DNA of 64,000 nt from an uncultured delta proteobacterium. Its GTDB lineage: Bacteria > Desulfobacterota > Syntrophobacteria > Syntrophobacterales > Syntrophobacteraceae. The position numbers were made by a program, and so were the translations under genes. Where the stretch lies: contig CAWEHK010000037.1 of assembly GCA_963808625.1 (NCBI GenBank), forward strand, positions 1 to 64,000. Reading direction: 5' to 3'. Below, in pieces: positions 41,087 through 51,246 of the stretch (position 1 is its first letter; each line of letters starts with the position of its first letter). Below the pieces are notes generated by a model, which was given only the letters and a program-made list of their open reading frames with translations, was not told the origin of the DNA and did not search any database.

Positions 41087-41147
41087 CGGGTCGGTAGAGA
41101 AAACCCCAAGTACACATACGCACAATAAAGTGACCATAATCCTGATG

Positions 41148-41212
41148 CGTCATTCCGGTGAAAACCGGAATCCAGAAAAGAGTCCTGGATACCGGCTTAC
41201 GCCGATATAACG
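41148..41212. repeat. Palindromic element (GTCATTCCGG...CCGGAATCCAG type)
   Basis: cgtcattccggtgaaaaccggaatccag...ctggataccggcttacgccgatataacg, an imperfect inverted pair between convergent genes. Confidence 0.65.
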
Positions 41213-41280
41213 AACGGAATTCGGACACTCATTTGCCTTGGGCGGTACTGCTAGCGGTCCCAAAATCCTGCAGCGTTGGA

Positions 41281-41877
41281 CTAAAATCCCTGGCGGGTGC
41301 TTTCGAACAGGACCTCCAGCCAGGTCGGTTGCGCGGCAGTGAGGATGATCACGCCCCCGAACCCCACCTCCTCGGCAAACGCTACGATGTGTTCGTGGAT
41401 TCTCATCTTGGGATTGCCGATCTCCCCGACGCGATAGGCCACCCGGCTAAAGGATTTGCCAAGTCCGCGCGCGGTGAAGGGTCCCCCCGTGTGATAAAGA
41501 TCTTCAACATCCGCCGGCGCCACCGCAGGAGGAGGCAGCCCCCGAGGATCGGCGAACGAGACTTCATCAAGGACCAGGAGGCCGTGTCTTGCCTGAAAGA
41601 CCTCGGTCACGTCCAGGCCGAAAAGCGAATTCCGCCACGTCATCACGGCCTGTTCGCCGTCACGGAGCACGGCGGAGAAGACCTTTCTTCCGGTTTCGCC
41701 GTCCCTGAGCTCAACTCGCGTGTACCTGCCCGCAGGAGTCTGCGACAGAAGCAGTAACCCAAGCACAGCAAGCAAGATAAGGCCAAATTTTCTCACCCAA
41801 ACCCGAAGCCAAGACCCACGAGCAGGGAAGGACGGCGATTCTTTAAGGAGCCAAGAAAGCCAAGGGCCAAGAGCCAA
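41281..41877 (-). CDS. DUF1850-like protein associated with the TAXI-TRAP transporter
   Basis: N-terminal TM segment and W.NSL...V.E.F pattern. Directly follows the TAXI binding-protein gene. Confidence 0.6.
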   Translation of the reverse strand: MALGPWLSWLLKESPSFPARGSWLRVWVRKFGLILLAVLGLLLLSQTPAGRYTRVELRDGETGRKVFSAVLRDGEQAVMTWRNSLFGLDVTEVFQARHGLLVLDEVSFADPRGLPPPAVAPADVEDLYHTGGPFTARGLGKSFSRVAYRVGEIGNPKMRIHEHIVAFAEEVGFGGVIILTAAQPTWLEVLFESTRQGF

Positions 41878-41880
41878 GAG

Positions 41881-42877
41881 CTACTTCAGGACACCCTTTT
41901 CCTTGAAGAATTTCTGGGACCCGGGATGCAGGAAGTTCAACGCGTCAGGGGTCACCTGGTTGACGGCCGTCTCCGGGGTCATCTTGGTGGCGTCTTTCCA
42001 TACCGCAGAGAGCTCCTGGGTGCCGAGCCGAAGATGGTCTTCACGATCTCATACATCCGGTCCGCGGGGAAGTCGTCCATGGCGGTCAACACCGCCGTGA
42101 TGGCGATGGCCGGCACATCGCTTTCCACCCCGGAGTAGATGCCCTTCTCGAAAAGCGGTCGCGTGGAAGACACCGGGGTTGGCTTTCATGATTTGCTCGC
42201 GAACCTCACCGTCTACGGGCAGCAGGACGATCTTCAGGCCCGGGGTGGACGCGAGATCGATGATGGACGAGGTGGGCACGGCCCCGCTCCAGAAGAAGGC
42301 CTGGATCTTGCCGTCCTTCAGGGCGGCCACGGACTCGGTCGCCCCCAGTTTCTCGCGGCTGAAATCCTTGTTCCAGTCGAACCCGAGCGCCTTGAGCACG
42401 TAGTCGGCCTGTTCTTCCGTACCGCTGTTCGGGGCGCCGGTGGACACGCGCTTGCCCTTGAGGTCCATCAGGGTCGTGATCCCGGTCCCTTCCTTGGTCA
42501 CAATATGCAGCGGCTGCTCGTAGAAACCCAGGACCAGGCGGACCTTGTGCTGGCCCGGACAGGCCGGGGACCTTGCCCTCGTTCGCCCAGACCACGTGAT
42601 AGTCATAGCAGAAGGCCATACCCGCACGGCCTGCGGTGAGCAGTTTGAGATTGTCGATGGCCGCGGTGGTGGCCTCGGAAGTCGCTTCGGTGTTGGGGAC
42701 GTTGGTGCCAATCAGTCCCCCGATGGCGCCGCCCAGCGGATACCACACCCCTCCGGTGCCGCCGGTGGCGATGCTGAAGGAGAACTTGCCCGCGGCATGT
42801 ACTCCGGGCGCCGCCCAAACCAACAGGGCAAGAACAGTGGTGATGCAGGCAATGGTCCTGAAGCTTCGACTTTTCAT
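41881..42877 (-). CDS. TAXI-family TRAP solute-binding protein (frameshifted)
   Basis: SIATGGTGGVWYPLGG, DLKGKRVSTGAPNSGT, ALKDGKIQAFF, LHPG..KFFKEKG across frames. Confidence 0.85.
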
Positions 42878-43018
42878 GGCAATCCTCCTTAAGTTATCGA
42901 TTAATTTTGACTTCTGATTTTGGCCCCCGAAAAACAAGGGCAGCCACTCCGCAGAGACACGACATCTCAGCCGAGAAACCTCTGTAGCTCATTCGCCGAA
43001 CGATCTCGAAGCCGGCCG

Positions 43019-44903
43019 TTATCCCGCTTGCTGCCCTTCTCGGCGATGTGCCGACAGATTGTGGAGGACAACGAACATGCCAACCGCCAGGGGCGCCAAC
43101 CCCTGCAACGACAGCCCGATAGGGAACAATGCCATGGCCATCGCCGCAGCAATCAGGAGGCCCGTTCCACCATGTTCAGGGAGCTTTGGAAGTGGCCCAC
43201 AATGCCGAGCGAGAGCAGAAACAGAGCGGCCACACTGGTGAGGGTTGCCAGGAGAAAGCCGGGCAGGGTCGCATCGACGATAAGCAGATTTGCTCCCTCT
43301 GGTGTGACCGAAAAGAAGAACGGCACCAGGAAGGCCGGCAGCGAATACTTCCAGGCCTGCATCATCGACCCGAACGGGTTGCCGCCGGTGATCGCCGCCG
43401 CCGCTGAGGGTGAGAGGCCAACCGGTGGTGAGACCTCGGAAAGCACCGCGAAGTAAAAGGCAAGCAAGTGTGCCACGTGGACCGGGACCCCCACCTTTAC
43501 CAAGGCCGGGGCGACCATCACCACGGTCATGATGTACGTGGCCGTGATCGGCAGGCTCAGGCCAATGATCATGGACGCCACCATGGCGAGCAGGATGGCG
43601 AGTATCCGCGAGCCGCCGCTGGCGGACATGATCAGGCCCGAGATCTTGAGCCCCAATCCGGTGAGGGTGAAGGTGCCCACAATCAACCCGGCGGCAGCCA
43701 GGAGTACGGAGACTGGGAGCACGTTCTTGCCGCCTTCGATGACTGCCTCGATAATTTTCCGGGGCGTCAACCATTCGCTCCGGTCCTTGCTGAGAAAGCT
43801 CGTGAGCACGGTCGTCAGCAGGGCGCCGATGGCTGCGTATTCCGGAGACTTGTTCCAGACAGCCAGAAGCAGGATGAGCACCACCAGAGAGATCAGGTGA
43901 TATCCCTTGGTTCGCATGACCTGCCTACGGTCTTGGCTTCCGCCTCCGGAGGAACGAAACGGTATCGCCGCGCTTCCATTTCCAACACAAAAAAAGTCCC
44001 CAGGTAGTAGAGGAGCGTGGGCACGAGCACCATCACCACCACCTCGAAGAAGGTGACATTCAGGAACTGCATGATGAGGAAAGCGGCGGCGCCCATGAGC
44101 GGCGGGGAAATGACGGCGCCGATGCCGCCTGCCGAAATCAGCCCCGCAGCCATATTTGCCGAATAGCCCGCTTTCTTGAGGATGGGCCACATGATGGGGG
44201 CCACCGAAATCGTGGTGGCGACCCCGCTTGCCTGCGGGCCGCCCAGAAGCGCCGTCGTGATGAGGGCGCCGCGACCGGCGCTGGCCGAGGTGCGACCCAT
44301 GGTCGCCAGCGACAGGTCCAGCCAGAAATTGCCGGCGCCGGCTACGTCCATAAAGGTCCCGTAGACCACGAACAGCAGGACGAAGGACACGCTCACGGAG
44401 ATGGGCACGCCGAAGATGCCCTCAAGGGTCATGAACATATGGCCGACGATCCGGTCGATTTCATAGCCCCGATGAGAAAGGGCGCCCGGTAAATAGTACC
44501 CGAAATAGGTGTAAAGCAGGAAACCCAGTACGACGAGGGTGAAGGTGTTGTCCACCACGCGCCGCGAGAGTTCCAGCAGCAACAGGATGGCAGCGATCCC
44601 GAAAAAGACGTCCAGGGGGTCGGGAAGCGTCGAGCGACGGAGAAACTGGTCGAGGTCGCTGAGGGCGTAAACAATGCACGCCGCACCGAGAACGGCCAGG
44701 GTTATGTCAAGGTAAACAGACCAGCGGCCGGCTCTTGGGAAAACCGGGTAGACCAGAAAACCCAAGGCGAAAATGAACCCCAGGTGGACCATGCGAAAAG
44801 TGTGGGTTTCCACCGGGAAGACGGCGCCATAGAGGGACCAGCCAACGAAGGCCGTGTAGAGAATGCCGATAAAGACCGCGGATCTACCGAGAACTTCTCG
44901 CAT
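43019..44903 (-). CDS. TRAP transporter fused permease (4TM/12TM), frameshifted
   Basis: EGIFGVPI.VS, SG.AT, G..I.PP.MGAAAF, G..LP.TATYI, H...FYFA.LS.VSPPV across three frames. Confidence 0.85.
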
Positions 44904-45040
44904 TACTTCCCCTCCATGGGACCGTCACCTTGTCTCCTTAATCCCAAATATGCCGATGCCTTGTCAAGGAGGCAGAACAAAATATTTGGACTATTGCGCA
45001 ACTTGATGAGGCGGTGCGATTTCTCCCCGCCAGCAGGCAA

Positions 45041-45430
45041 TCAACTCTCTTTCCAAATGCCCTTTTCCACCAGCACCTGTCTCAAGGTTTTTAGCGCCGT
45101 ATTGGTTGCCGGCATTCCTCCATAAATGGCAGACTGAAAGATCACTTCAGCAATCTCCTCGGGTTTGCATCCCACATTGAGGGCGGCATGGAGGTGAAGT
45201 TTCAGTTCTTCAGGTTTGCCAAGCACCGTAAGGCAGGCTATCGCGACGAGCTGGCGGGTGGTGTGGGGGATCTTCTCCCTGGCATACATCTCTCCCGTGA
45301 TAAAAAGCGAGAGACTTTTGGCAAGTTCCGGGTCGAAGGCCCTCCAGAGATCATAAGGCTTCTCGTCGGCTACGCCTTCAAAATAGAGCTCTGCCGTCCT
45401 TTTTGTTTTCTCAATCAGCTCCTTGTTCAA
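45041..45430 (-). CDS. Carboxymuconolactone decarboxylase (CMD) family protein
   Basis: GE.YAR....TRQL..IA.L, ELK.HL.AALNVG...EEI.E...Q.AIY.G.PA. TTG start after GGAGG. Confidence 0.85.
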   Translation of the reverse strand: MNKELIEKTKRTAELYFEGVADEKPYDLWRAFDPELAKSLSLFITGEMYAREKIPHTTRQLVAIACLTVLGKPEELKLHLHAALNVGCKPEEIAEVIFQSAIYGGMPATNTALKTLRQVLVEKGIWKES

Positions 45431-45592
45431 AGCGCTCCCTCCTTTATCCCGTGCTTTGTAAACATGACCAGTAACGAAATCCGCAGCTCCCGCCTGCCTT
45501 CGAGAGTGGGCGCTTATGCTCACTTTCTTCGGCTTCATGCTTTCGGCTCCCCGGTATTCCCACGCTTCGTTGTGACCTTCTTGGTGTGGCAA

Positions 45593-46042
45593 TTATACCA
45601 GCCGTGGTGGTGTTGAAGCGGCAAGGTCAGGCGGCATCAGGAGTGGGATAGCCCGGCGCTTGTGTTTACGGTAGATTTGAAAATCGGTATCGAGGGTAAG
45701 AATCGAACTGCTGTCGTGTAGTTCGGCCATCCGAACCAGACACGCATCGGCGAGCGATATGGGTACGCTCCCATATTTCTTCAACAAGACTGAGACTGGA
45801 GCGATCTGGTCCGCCAGGCAAAAGCAGATTTCTAAAACCTTCCGTTGCAGCAATTCAATTACGGAGGCCATGCCTCTATTCCATTGCCTCAGCAGAAAGC
45901 ACGCCTCCGAGACAACCGCTTCGCAGGTCAATAGGGGAGGTTGAATTTGAGCCCATTGAGTCTTCGTCCAATCGTGATACCTGTCCCGTGCATTGAGAAA
46001 AGCGACCAGCGGACCCGTATCCAGGATGACTTGCCGTTTCAT
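45593..46042 (-). CDS. vapC: PIN-domain (VapC-like) toxin
   Basis: VILDTGPLVA, T.EAV.SE, SLADACLV, TLD.DF.IYR. Confidence 0.85.
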   Translation of the reverse strand: MKRQVILDTGPLVAFLNARDRYHDWTKTQWAQIQPPLLTCEAVVSEACFLLRQWNRGMASVIELLQRKVLEICFCLADQIAPVSVLLKKYGSVPISLADACLVRMAELHDSSSILTLDTDFQIYRKHKRRAIPLLMPPDLAASTPPRLV

Positions 46043-46272
46043 CTTCCGTAGTGATCCATGTGCTCAGGATTTGTGGAAAGATCCGGTGGGCCTTGCACAC
46101 ATCCCGCAAGATCATGGGCAAGGTCGAAGCAGGAGCCGGTATTCTCTTTCTTGGAAAGAAACTCCTCAAGGGCTTCACGCACGACTGCGGACCTGGTTTC
46201 GCCTCTGTTCCTGGCGGCAGACAGGATTGCAGCCAACAGATCATCCGGCAGCTTGGTAGCGATTGTCTTCAT
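46039..46272 (-). CDS. Ribbon-helix-helix (CopG-like) antitoxin
   Basis: MKTI..KLPD.L......A......RS.VVREAL. ATGA overlap with the PIN gene. Confidence 0.8.
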   Translation of the reverse strand: MKTIATKLPDDLLAAILSAARNRGETRSAVVREALEEFLSKKENTGSCFDLAHDLAGCVQGPPDLSTNPEHMDHYGR

Positions 46273-46325
46273 GGCATCCTCGCATAATACGGTTTCGGTA
46301 GTATGGTATTACGATAAATCATGAA

Positions 46326-46990
46326 ATTCAATGACTACCGGCTGAAAGCCGGTAGATTGTTGTGGGCGTAAACGCCCGGTAAGGCTAAAGCCATCTTAAC
46401 TATTCGGATGAATCCGACTCAACCTTCCGCTCGCCATCCTCAGCACGCGCGGATTCATCCCAAACTTTGAACGTTCCTGCTTCTTCAGACTGGTTTGCTA
46501 TGTACTGTTGGAGCTGTTCCTCTGTTATCGCACCAACTGTTGAGCAGAAATATCCCCGACTCCATAAGTGGCGCCCCCAGTACCGTTTCTGGAGGCTCGG
46601 AAACTCCCTTTGAAGCCGGTATGAGCTCTTTCCCTTCAGATATTGCGCTATCTTTGCCGGCGAGTAATACGCCGGAGCACTGATCAGGATGTGGACATGA
46701 TTTGGCCTTATGTTGCCCGATACTACCTGCAAACCCTTCTCCGTGCAGATCTCTCGGATAATGTCGCGCAGTCTCAAAGCCACATCGTCTTTCAAAACTC
46801 CGTAGCTGTACTTCGTCTTCCACACAAAATGGTACTTCAGCTCGGTAACAGTTTGAGCTCCTCTCTGATATCGCTCTTTCTCCATAATACTCTCCTCCGC
46901 TTGTCGCAAAGGAGTATACCGCTAAAGCATCCGTCCTTGAAAGAACATGTGCTGAAGACTTTTCCGCCTCAAAGGCGAAGGTTTATACCC
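46326..46990 (-). mobile_element. IS200-type insertion sequence (tnpA only); ends approximate
   Basis: Subterminal hairpins ctaccggct-gaa-agccggtag (46335-46355) and cgcct-caa-aggcg (~46965-46978) flank tnpA. No tnpB. Confidence 0.75.
46400..46885 (-). CDS. tnpA: IS200/IS605 family transposase TnpA (Y1 HUH)
   Basis: YHFVWKTKY, HVHILI, KGKSS, LWSRGYF..TVG, YI.NQ. GGAG RBS. Confidence 0.95.
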   Translation of the reverse strand: MEKERYQRGAQTVTELKYHFVWKTKYSYGVLKDDVALRLRDIIREICTEKGLQVVSGNIRPNHVHILISAPAYYSPAKIAQYLKGKSSYRLQREFPSLQKRYWGRHLWSRGYFCSTVGAITEEQLQQYIANQSEEAGTFKVWDESARAEDGERKVESDSSE

Positions 46991-47139
46991 GGCCCCCTGG
47001 AAATCAAAGCCATTTCGTGTGGGCGAAATGGCAAGGAAAAGGCCGAAGAAAACGGCATGGCACCCTTCTTAACCGGAAACCCTGGACTCATTTCTCACCA
47101 ATCAAAATGGGGCTCTTTGTCGTCGGCCCCGATAGCTTT

Positions 47140-47396
47140 GTATCGATGAGGAATACCGCCGCTACCACGGGGTGATTCATCTGGTCTCAACGGCCATCGG
47201 CGCGCCCCAGTTCTACCGTTACCATCCCGAGGAGCACCGCCCGGAAAACCCGCAAGAGGCGGCCGTTCTGGACGATCACCTAACCCGTATATGGCGCGGA
47301 CATGCGGGTTACATCCGCATCCCCAATGACACCCTCGACTGGTGCCCCAAGAGCGAAGCCGCCCGCACCGCCCTGCAGCGTCTGCTTTCGGATTGA
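47140..47396 (+). pseudogene. C-terminal fragment of a NadR/AAA_28-like P-loop protein
   Basis: RYHGVIHLVSTAIGA...RPE.PQEA..LD..L...W.GH. The first 91 bp are repeated at 48782-48872. Confidence 0.5.
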
Positions 47397-47469
47397 TCAA
47401 ACACAAGCCCGCTCGGGTGTGACACCAGAGTCATTCATGACCCTTTGGGATACCCCTAAACCATGCAAA

Positions 47470-47737
47470 GTAGGGTGGGCAGGCTGCCCACCAGGACTTC
47501 TCGCAGCAGCTCCTCATGTCGTCTTGCGACACCTTAAACCATGAAAAGCTGCGGGATGACGACCAGACCGACTCGGTTTCCAAAACCGAGTCGGTCTTCG
47601 CACCAGGACTTTTCGAATCAGTGAAGAAAAATGATCGGACAGGCACACTGGCGCGGCAATATTTCGCCATCCCCACTTCGCTCGGAGTGAGAGGTTGCAT
47701 GCCAGCCGGTGGACACAAAAAGACGTGCCCTCCCTAC
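47470..47737. repeat. Inverted pair of GTAG-type REP-like elements enclosing a 33-bp palindrome
   Basis: gtagggtgggcaggctgcccacc ... ggtggacac..gtgccctccctac, with inner agaccgactcggttt-cca-aaaccgagtcggtct (47565-47597). Confidence 0.7.
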
Positions 47738-47797
47738 CAGACTTTGATATATTTTACATTGGCTTTGTTATCGAGAAGTTATTAAGGAGGACGCATC

Positions 47798-48046
47798 GTG
47801 GAGCAACATGTCAGCCTGCGTGAAGCCAACCAGCACCTTTCCCGCTATGTTAAAGCGGTACAGCAGGGGCATGAGATCATCCTCACCCGCCGAGGCCAAC
47901 CGGTGGCCCGTTTGGTGGGGGTGACCAGCAAAAAGTTATTGAGCGTCGAACAGCAGGAGGCCAGAAAACGTAGCCTGCAGCGTATGCGTCGCGGTTATCC
48001 ATTGGGAGGGCAGCCTATCCGCCGGGACGAGCTGTATGAGCGATGA
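47798..48046 (+). CDS. Phd/YefM-family antitoxin
   Basis: VSLREANQHLSRYV..V..G.EIILTRRGQPVARL. AAGGAGG RBS. Confidence 0.9.
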   Translation: MEQHVSLREANQHLSRYVKAVQQGHEIILTRRGQPVARLVGVTSKKLLSVEQQEARKRSLQRMRRGYPLGGQPIRRDELYER

Positions 48047-48512
48047 GCGTTTCACTCTGGATACCAATTTGCTAGTCTATGCGATTGACCGCGATGCCGA
48101 CGAGCGACATCTACAGGCCATTGCCATTGTCGACCGGGCCGTGGAACAGGACTGCGTGTTGACCTTGCAGGTGCTTGCTAAGTTCTTCCATGCTGTGACC
48201 CGCAAAGGAAAGATGCCTGCAGCAGAGGCGCGTGAGCAGGTTAGTGACTGGCTAATCATGTTCCCCGTGGTCGCCGCAGATGGACAGGCGCTGACCAGGG
48301 CAATGGGTGCGGTACAACGCCACAACCTACCATTCTGGGATGCTCTGCTGTGGGCGACAGCCAAGGCTGCAGGCGTCACCGTGCTGCTCAGCGAAGATTT
48401 TCAGGACGGACGTGAACTGGAAGGCGTCCAGTTTCGCAACCCCTTTGCCATGGAAGACCCTTATGCAGCAGGTAATAAGGCAACCCAGCCGGGATCGAGC
48501 CAAGCTTACTGA
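48036..48512 (+). CDS. vapC: PIN-domain (VapC-like) toxin
   Basis: LDTNLLVYA, FWDALLWATA, LLSEDF, NPF. Overlaps the antitoxin. Confidence 0.85.
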   Translation: MSDERFTLDTNLLVYAIDRDADERHLQAIAIVDRAVEQDCVLTLQVLAKFFHAVTRKGKMPAAEAREQVSDWLIMFPVVAADGQALTRAMGAVQRHNLPFWDALLWATAKAAGVTVLLSEDFQDGRELEGVQFRNPFAMEDPYAAGNKATQPGSSQAY

Positions 48513-48872
48513 GCACATTGGGATTCCTCCACGGGATTGGTGGCTGAGATTTAAGCTCGACTCAAAACTGCCCCGGATCTCGATTAATGAAAGAGGCCTG
48601 CGAGAACCTGTCTTTCAGCGGCTGGTTGTGAACCTGCAGAAGAGCATCCGACAGGCGATGGCGCAGACTCTGGACGGCGAGGCACGCGTGTTGCTGACGC
48701 ATCGGGGAACGCTTGATCCGCTGGCGTTCTGCCTGGCCAATGGCTGAACGGAGGAAAGGTTCCTACGCATCACCGGGGTGAGTATCGAGGAAGAATATCG
48801 CCGCTACCACGGGGTGATTTATCCGGTCACAACGCCCATTGGCGGGCCCTGGTTCCAGCGTTACCGTCCCGA
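48513..48872 (+). pseudogene. Middle fragment of the same AAA_28-like protein, with an internal stop
   Basis: FQRLVVNLQ...THRGTLDPLAF...NG*TEE...EEEYRRYHGVI. Confidence 0.5.
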
Positions 48873-49061
48873 TAAGCAAGGCCCTTCGCTCATCACGGAA
48901 AGTAGCATACACCTCTGTCTTTTCTTGGGACGTCCTGGAAAATGCTCATCCCAGAAATCGCACCTTGAGAATTGCGGAGAGGAACCGTTCGTAGTTGAAA
49001 TTATTTCTCAGAACTCTAAAATGGCAATGAGATGCCATAATATTTGGGCAGGAGATAAGCC

Positions 49062-49334
49062 ATGAAACGAGCAAGCCTCCGCAATTTCCATGTTCCATTA
49101 TCCGAGGACCTTTATGATAAGCTCCGGGAGGAGGCTGGCCGCTGCAGGCAGCCCGCAACGGAGCTGGCAAGAGAGGCCATCGAGCTTCTGCTCAAAGAAA
49201 GACGTAAGCGCACTCTTCACGAGGCTGTGGCGCTCTACGCCGCAAAGCAGGCTGGTACTGCCTCAGATTTGGACGTGGAGCTCGAGGCCGCCTCGGTTGA
49301 GCACCTGGTCTCTGGTGGAGAAGACTCGCAATGA
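49062..49334 (+). CDS. Ribbon-helix-helix antitoxin
   Basis: NFHVPLSEDLY..LR.EA......TELAREAI. ATGA overlap with the MazF-like gene. Confidence 0.75.
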   Translation: MKRASLRNFHVPLSEDLYDKLREEAGRCRQPATELAREAIELLLKERRKRTLHEAVALYAAKQAGTASDLDVELEAASVEHLVSGGEDSQ

Positions 49335-49696
49335 AGCGCGGAGATCTTTACTGGGCTGAACTCGCTCCTCGCTCCGGCTCTGAACAAAGCGGCAGGAGAC
49401 CGGTGGTTGTCATCTCCCATGACGGCTTCAATCAAACTCCCGGCTGGCGCTCCATTATCGTGGTCCCGATCTCGACATCAGCAACCCAGGCCGTGCGCGG
49501 ACCAACAGCAGTCTACCTCCCCAAGGGAGCAGGAGGGCTTAAAAAAGAGAGTATTGTTTTGTGCCACCAAGTCACCACTCTGGATCGATCCAAGCTTACT
49601 GAACGCATAGGGGCCCTTCCGCAGAGTCTCCTCGGTGAGATTGAGAGAAGGACTCAAAGCGGCGCTGGATCTCGAATGAATAAGGGCGCCACATAA
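49331..49696 (+). CDS. mazF: PemK/MazF-family toxin (probable late frameshift; natural end ~49679)
   Basis: MKRGDLYW..L.P..GSEQ.GRRP.VVIS.D.FN, IVVPIS, Q..T.D..KL...IG.L. Confidence 0.9.
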   Translation: MKRGDLYWAELAPRSGSEQSGRRPVVVISHDGFNQTPGWRSIIVVPISTSATQAVRGPTAVYLPKGAGGLKKESIVLCHQVTTLDRSKLTERIGALPQSLLGEIERRTQSGAGSRMNKGAT

Positions 49697-49840
49697 GCCA
49701 GGGCGGACAGGCCCATATTTTTGTCCCCTCTTTTGCCCGCTCACCAGGTCCCTGTTCAGATGCCATCTCTAATTGCGTGTTGACTTTGCAGGTGTTTGCC
49801 GAGCTCTTCCATGCCGTGATTGGGCGTGAATGGATATTGA

Positions 49841-49873
49841 TGTTGGGTTTCGCTCCGCTCAACCCAACCTACA
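49841..49873 (-). repeat. GTAG-type REP-like element
   Basis: Minus strand tgtaggttgggttgagcggagcgaaacccaaca, overlapping the HEPN gene stop codon. Confidence 0.65.
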
Positions 49874-50273
49874 AATGATAGTTCTGCTTAAGGACGGATT
49901 TCACCTCTTCTACAAAGGCCTTGGCATGATCGAATGAGAGCTGCGCATCTTCAAGGGAGATCGAGCTCTGAGCGGAGTAATCAGAAATCTGCCGCAGATC
50001 AAAGGCCTCGTGAAGCCATCGAGAGAGGTCTTTTGCAAAAATGCCTCGTTTTACAAACTCCTTATCGAACAGGGACACCGCGCCACTGTGCTTGGATGTT
50101 TCCTTCTTTTCGATGGCGAGCAGTGACAGCACCGCATAAAACATCGCGTAGTAGGAGCGATTGACCGCGGGCCGGAGCATCATCTTTTCCATGAGAATCC
50201 GGGCTGCTTCCAGCGATTCGTCCGCCTGCTCCAGGCGATACTCAACGAGAGCTTTGATGTTCGGTGTTATCAC
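49869..50273 (-). CDS. HEPN domain protein
   Basis: AVNRSYYAMFYA, SKHSG, F..EFVK.G, LRQ.SDY. Confidence 0.9.
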   Translation of the reverse strand: MITPNIKALVEYRLEQADESLEAARILMEKMMLRPAVNRSYYAMFYAVLSLLAIEKKETSKHSGAVSLFDKEFVKRGIFAKDLSRWLHEAFDLRQISDYSAQSSISLEDAQLSFDHAKAFVEEVKSVLKQNYHL

Positions 50274-50590
50274 GCGGCAACCCCTTCATTCAGGACATGC
50301 TCGACAAGCGTGCTTTCCGACATGGGACCGTTTTCGAATTGGTCTTCGTCCATAACGATCGTGGTAATGACCCGATCTTCATCAAAACCCACCTCCCAGG
50401 CAATGCGGCGAATTGTTTGGGTCACTATTCGATCCACTCTCGGCAACACAACGCAGATATCAAAATCAGAATCCCATTCAGCCGTGCCGCGCGCCCGCGA
50501 CCCAAAGGCCCAAATGCGCGCTTCAGCGTATCGCTTCCGTATCCGTCCGGCAAACTTATTCAGGATCTTTTGGTCGTCTTTGCTCAACAT
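50270..50590 (-). CDS. Minimal nucleotidyltransferase (MNT)
   Basis: FGSRARG.A..DSDFDI. GTGA overlap with the HEPN gene. Confidence 0.9.
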   Translation of the reverse strand: MLSKDDQKILNKFAGRIRKRYAEARIWAFGSRARGTAEWDSDFDICVVLPRVDRIVTQTIRRIAWEVGFDEDRVITTIVMDEDQFENGPMSESTLVEHVLNEGVAA

Positions 50591-50891
50591 GACAGACTCT
50601 CACTTCTGTACCGGATTCACCTTTATGGTCCTCTTGTCGTTGGGAGGCCACTCTTTGCATTTCCAGCCGACAGTACAGATATCACATTTGCGATTGCCTC
50701 TGAAGAGCTTAACGTCACATTCTGCTCCCTTTTGGCGGTGCATGGCGCAATTTCTGTCATGCACTTACTTCCGGTCAATTGCACTCGAGCGACGTATCCC
50801 AAACAGGACCATGGCGGATGCCAATCACGGCCAGCGCAGCGTTTGACAATCGGACTGATTATGATACCATATTAGAACTGGAGGTAACAAA

Positions 50892-51173
50892 ATGAATATT
50901 TCAAGAGATATCAAACCGATTACATACCTCAAAGCAAACGCTGCCGAGCTTTTGAAGCAAATAAACGAAACCCGCCAGCCCGTTGTCATTACTCAAAACG
51001 GCGAGCCAAGAGCGGTGCTTCAGGACCCGGAAAGTTATGAGAACATGCGAAATGCCATAGGTATTTTGAAACTGATTTCCCAAGGCGAGGAGGACGTGAA
51101 GAGCGGGAGGTCCAAAGCCCAGCAAGCCGTATTCGCGGAAATAGAGAAGACCCTCAGAAAAAAAATGAAATGA
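50892..51173 (+). CDS. Phd/YefM-family antitoxin (partner toxin missing)
   Basis: DIKPITYLK..AAELL.QINET..PVVITQNGEP.AVLQD. GGAGG RBS and TTGACA upstream. Confidence 0.9.
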   Translation: MNISRDIKPITYLKANAAELLKQINETRQPVVITQNGEPRAVLQDPESYENMRNAIGILKLISQGEEDVKSGRSKAQQAVFAEIEKTLRKKMK

Positions 51174-51246
51174 AGAAAGGGTAGTTCAAAATTAACCAAG
51201 TGATTGCACCCAACTGCGACTATCATCACCCCTCGGGATGGAAGCC

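Noticed and set aside
46326..46990. IS605-type element with TnpB and omega-RNA
   Set aside because: The right-end hairpin follows tnpA within ~70 bp, leaving no room for tnpB.
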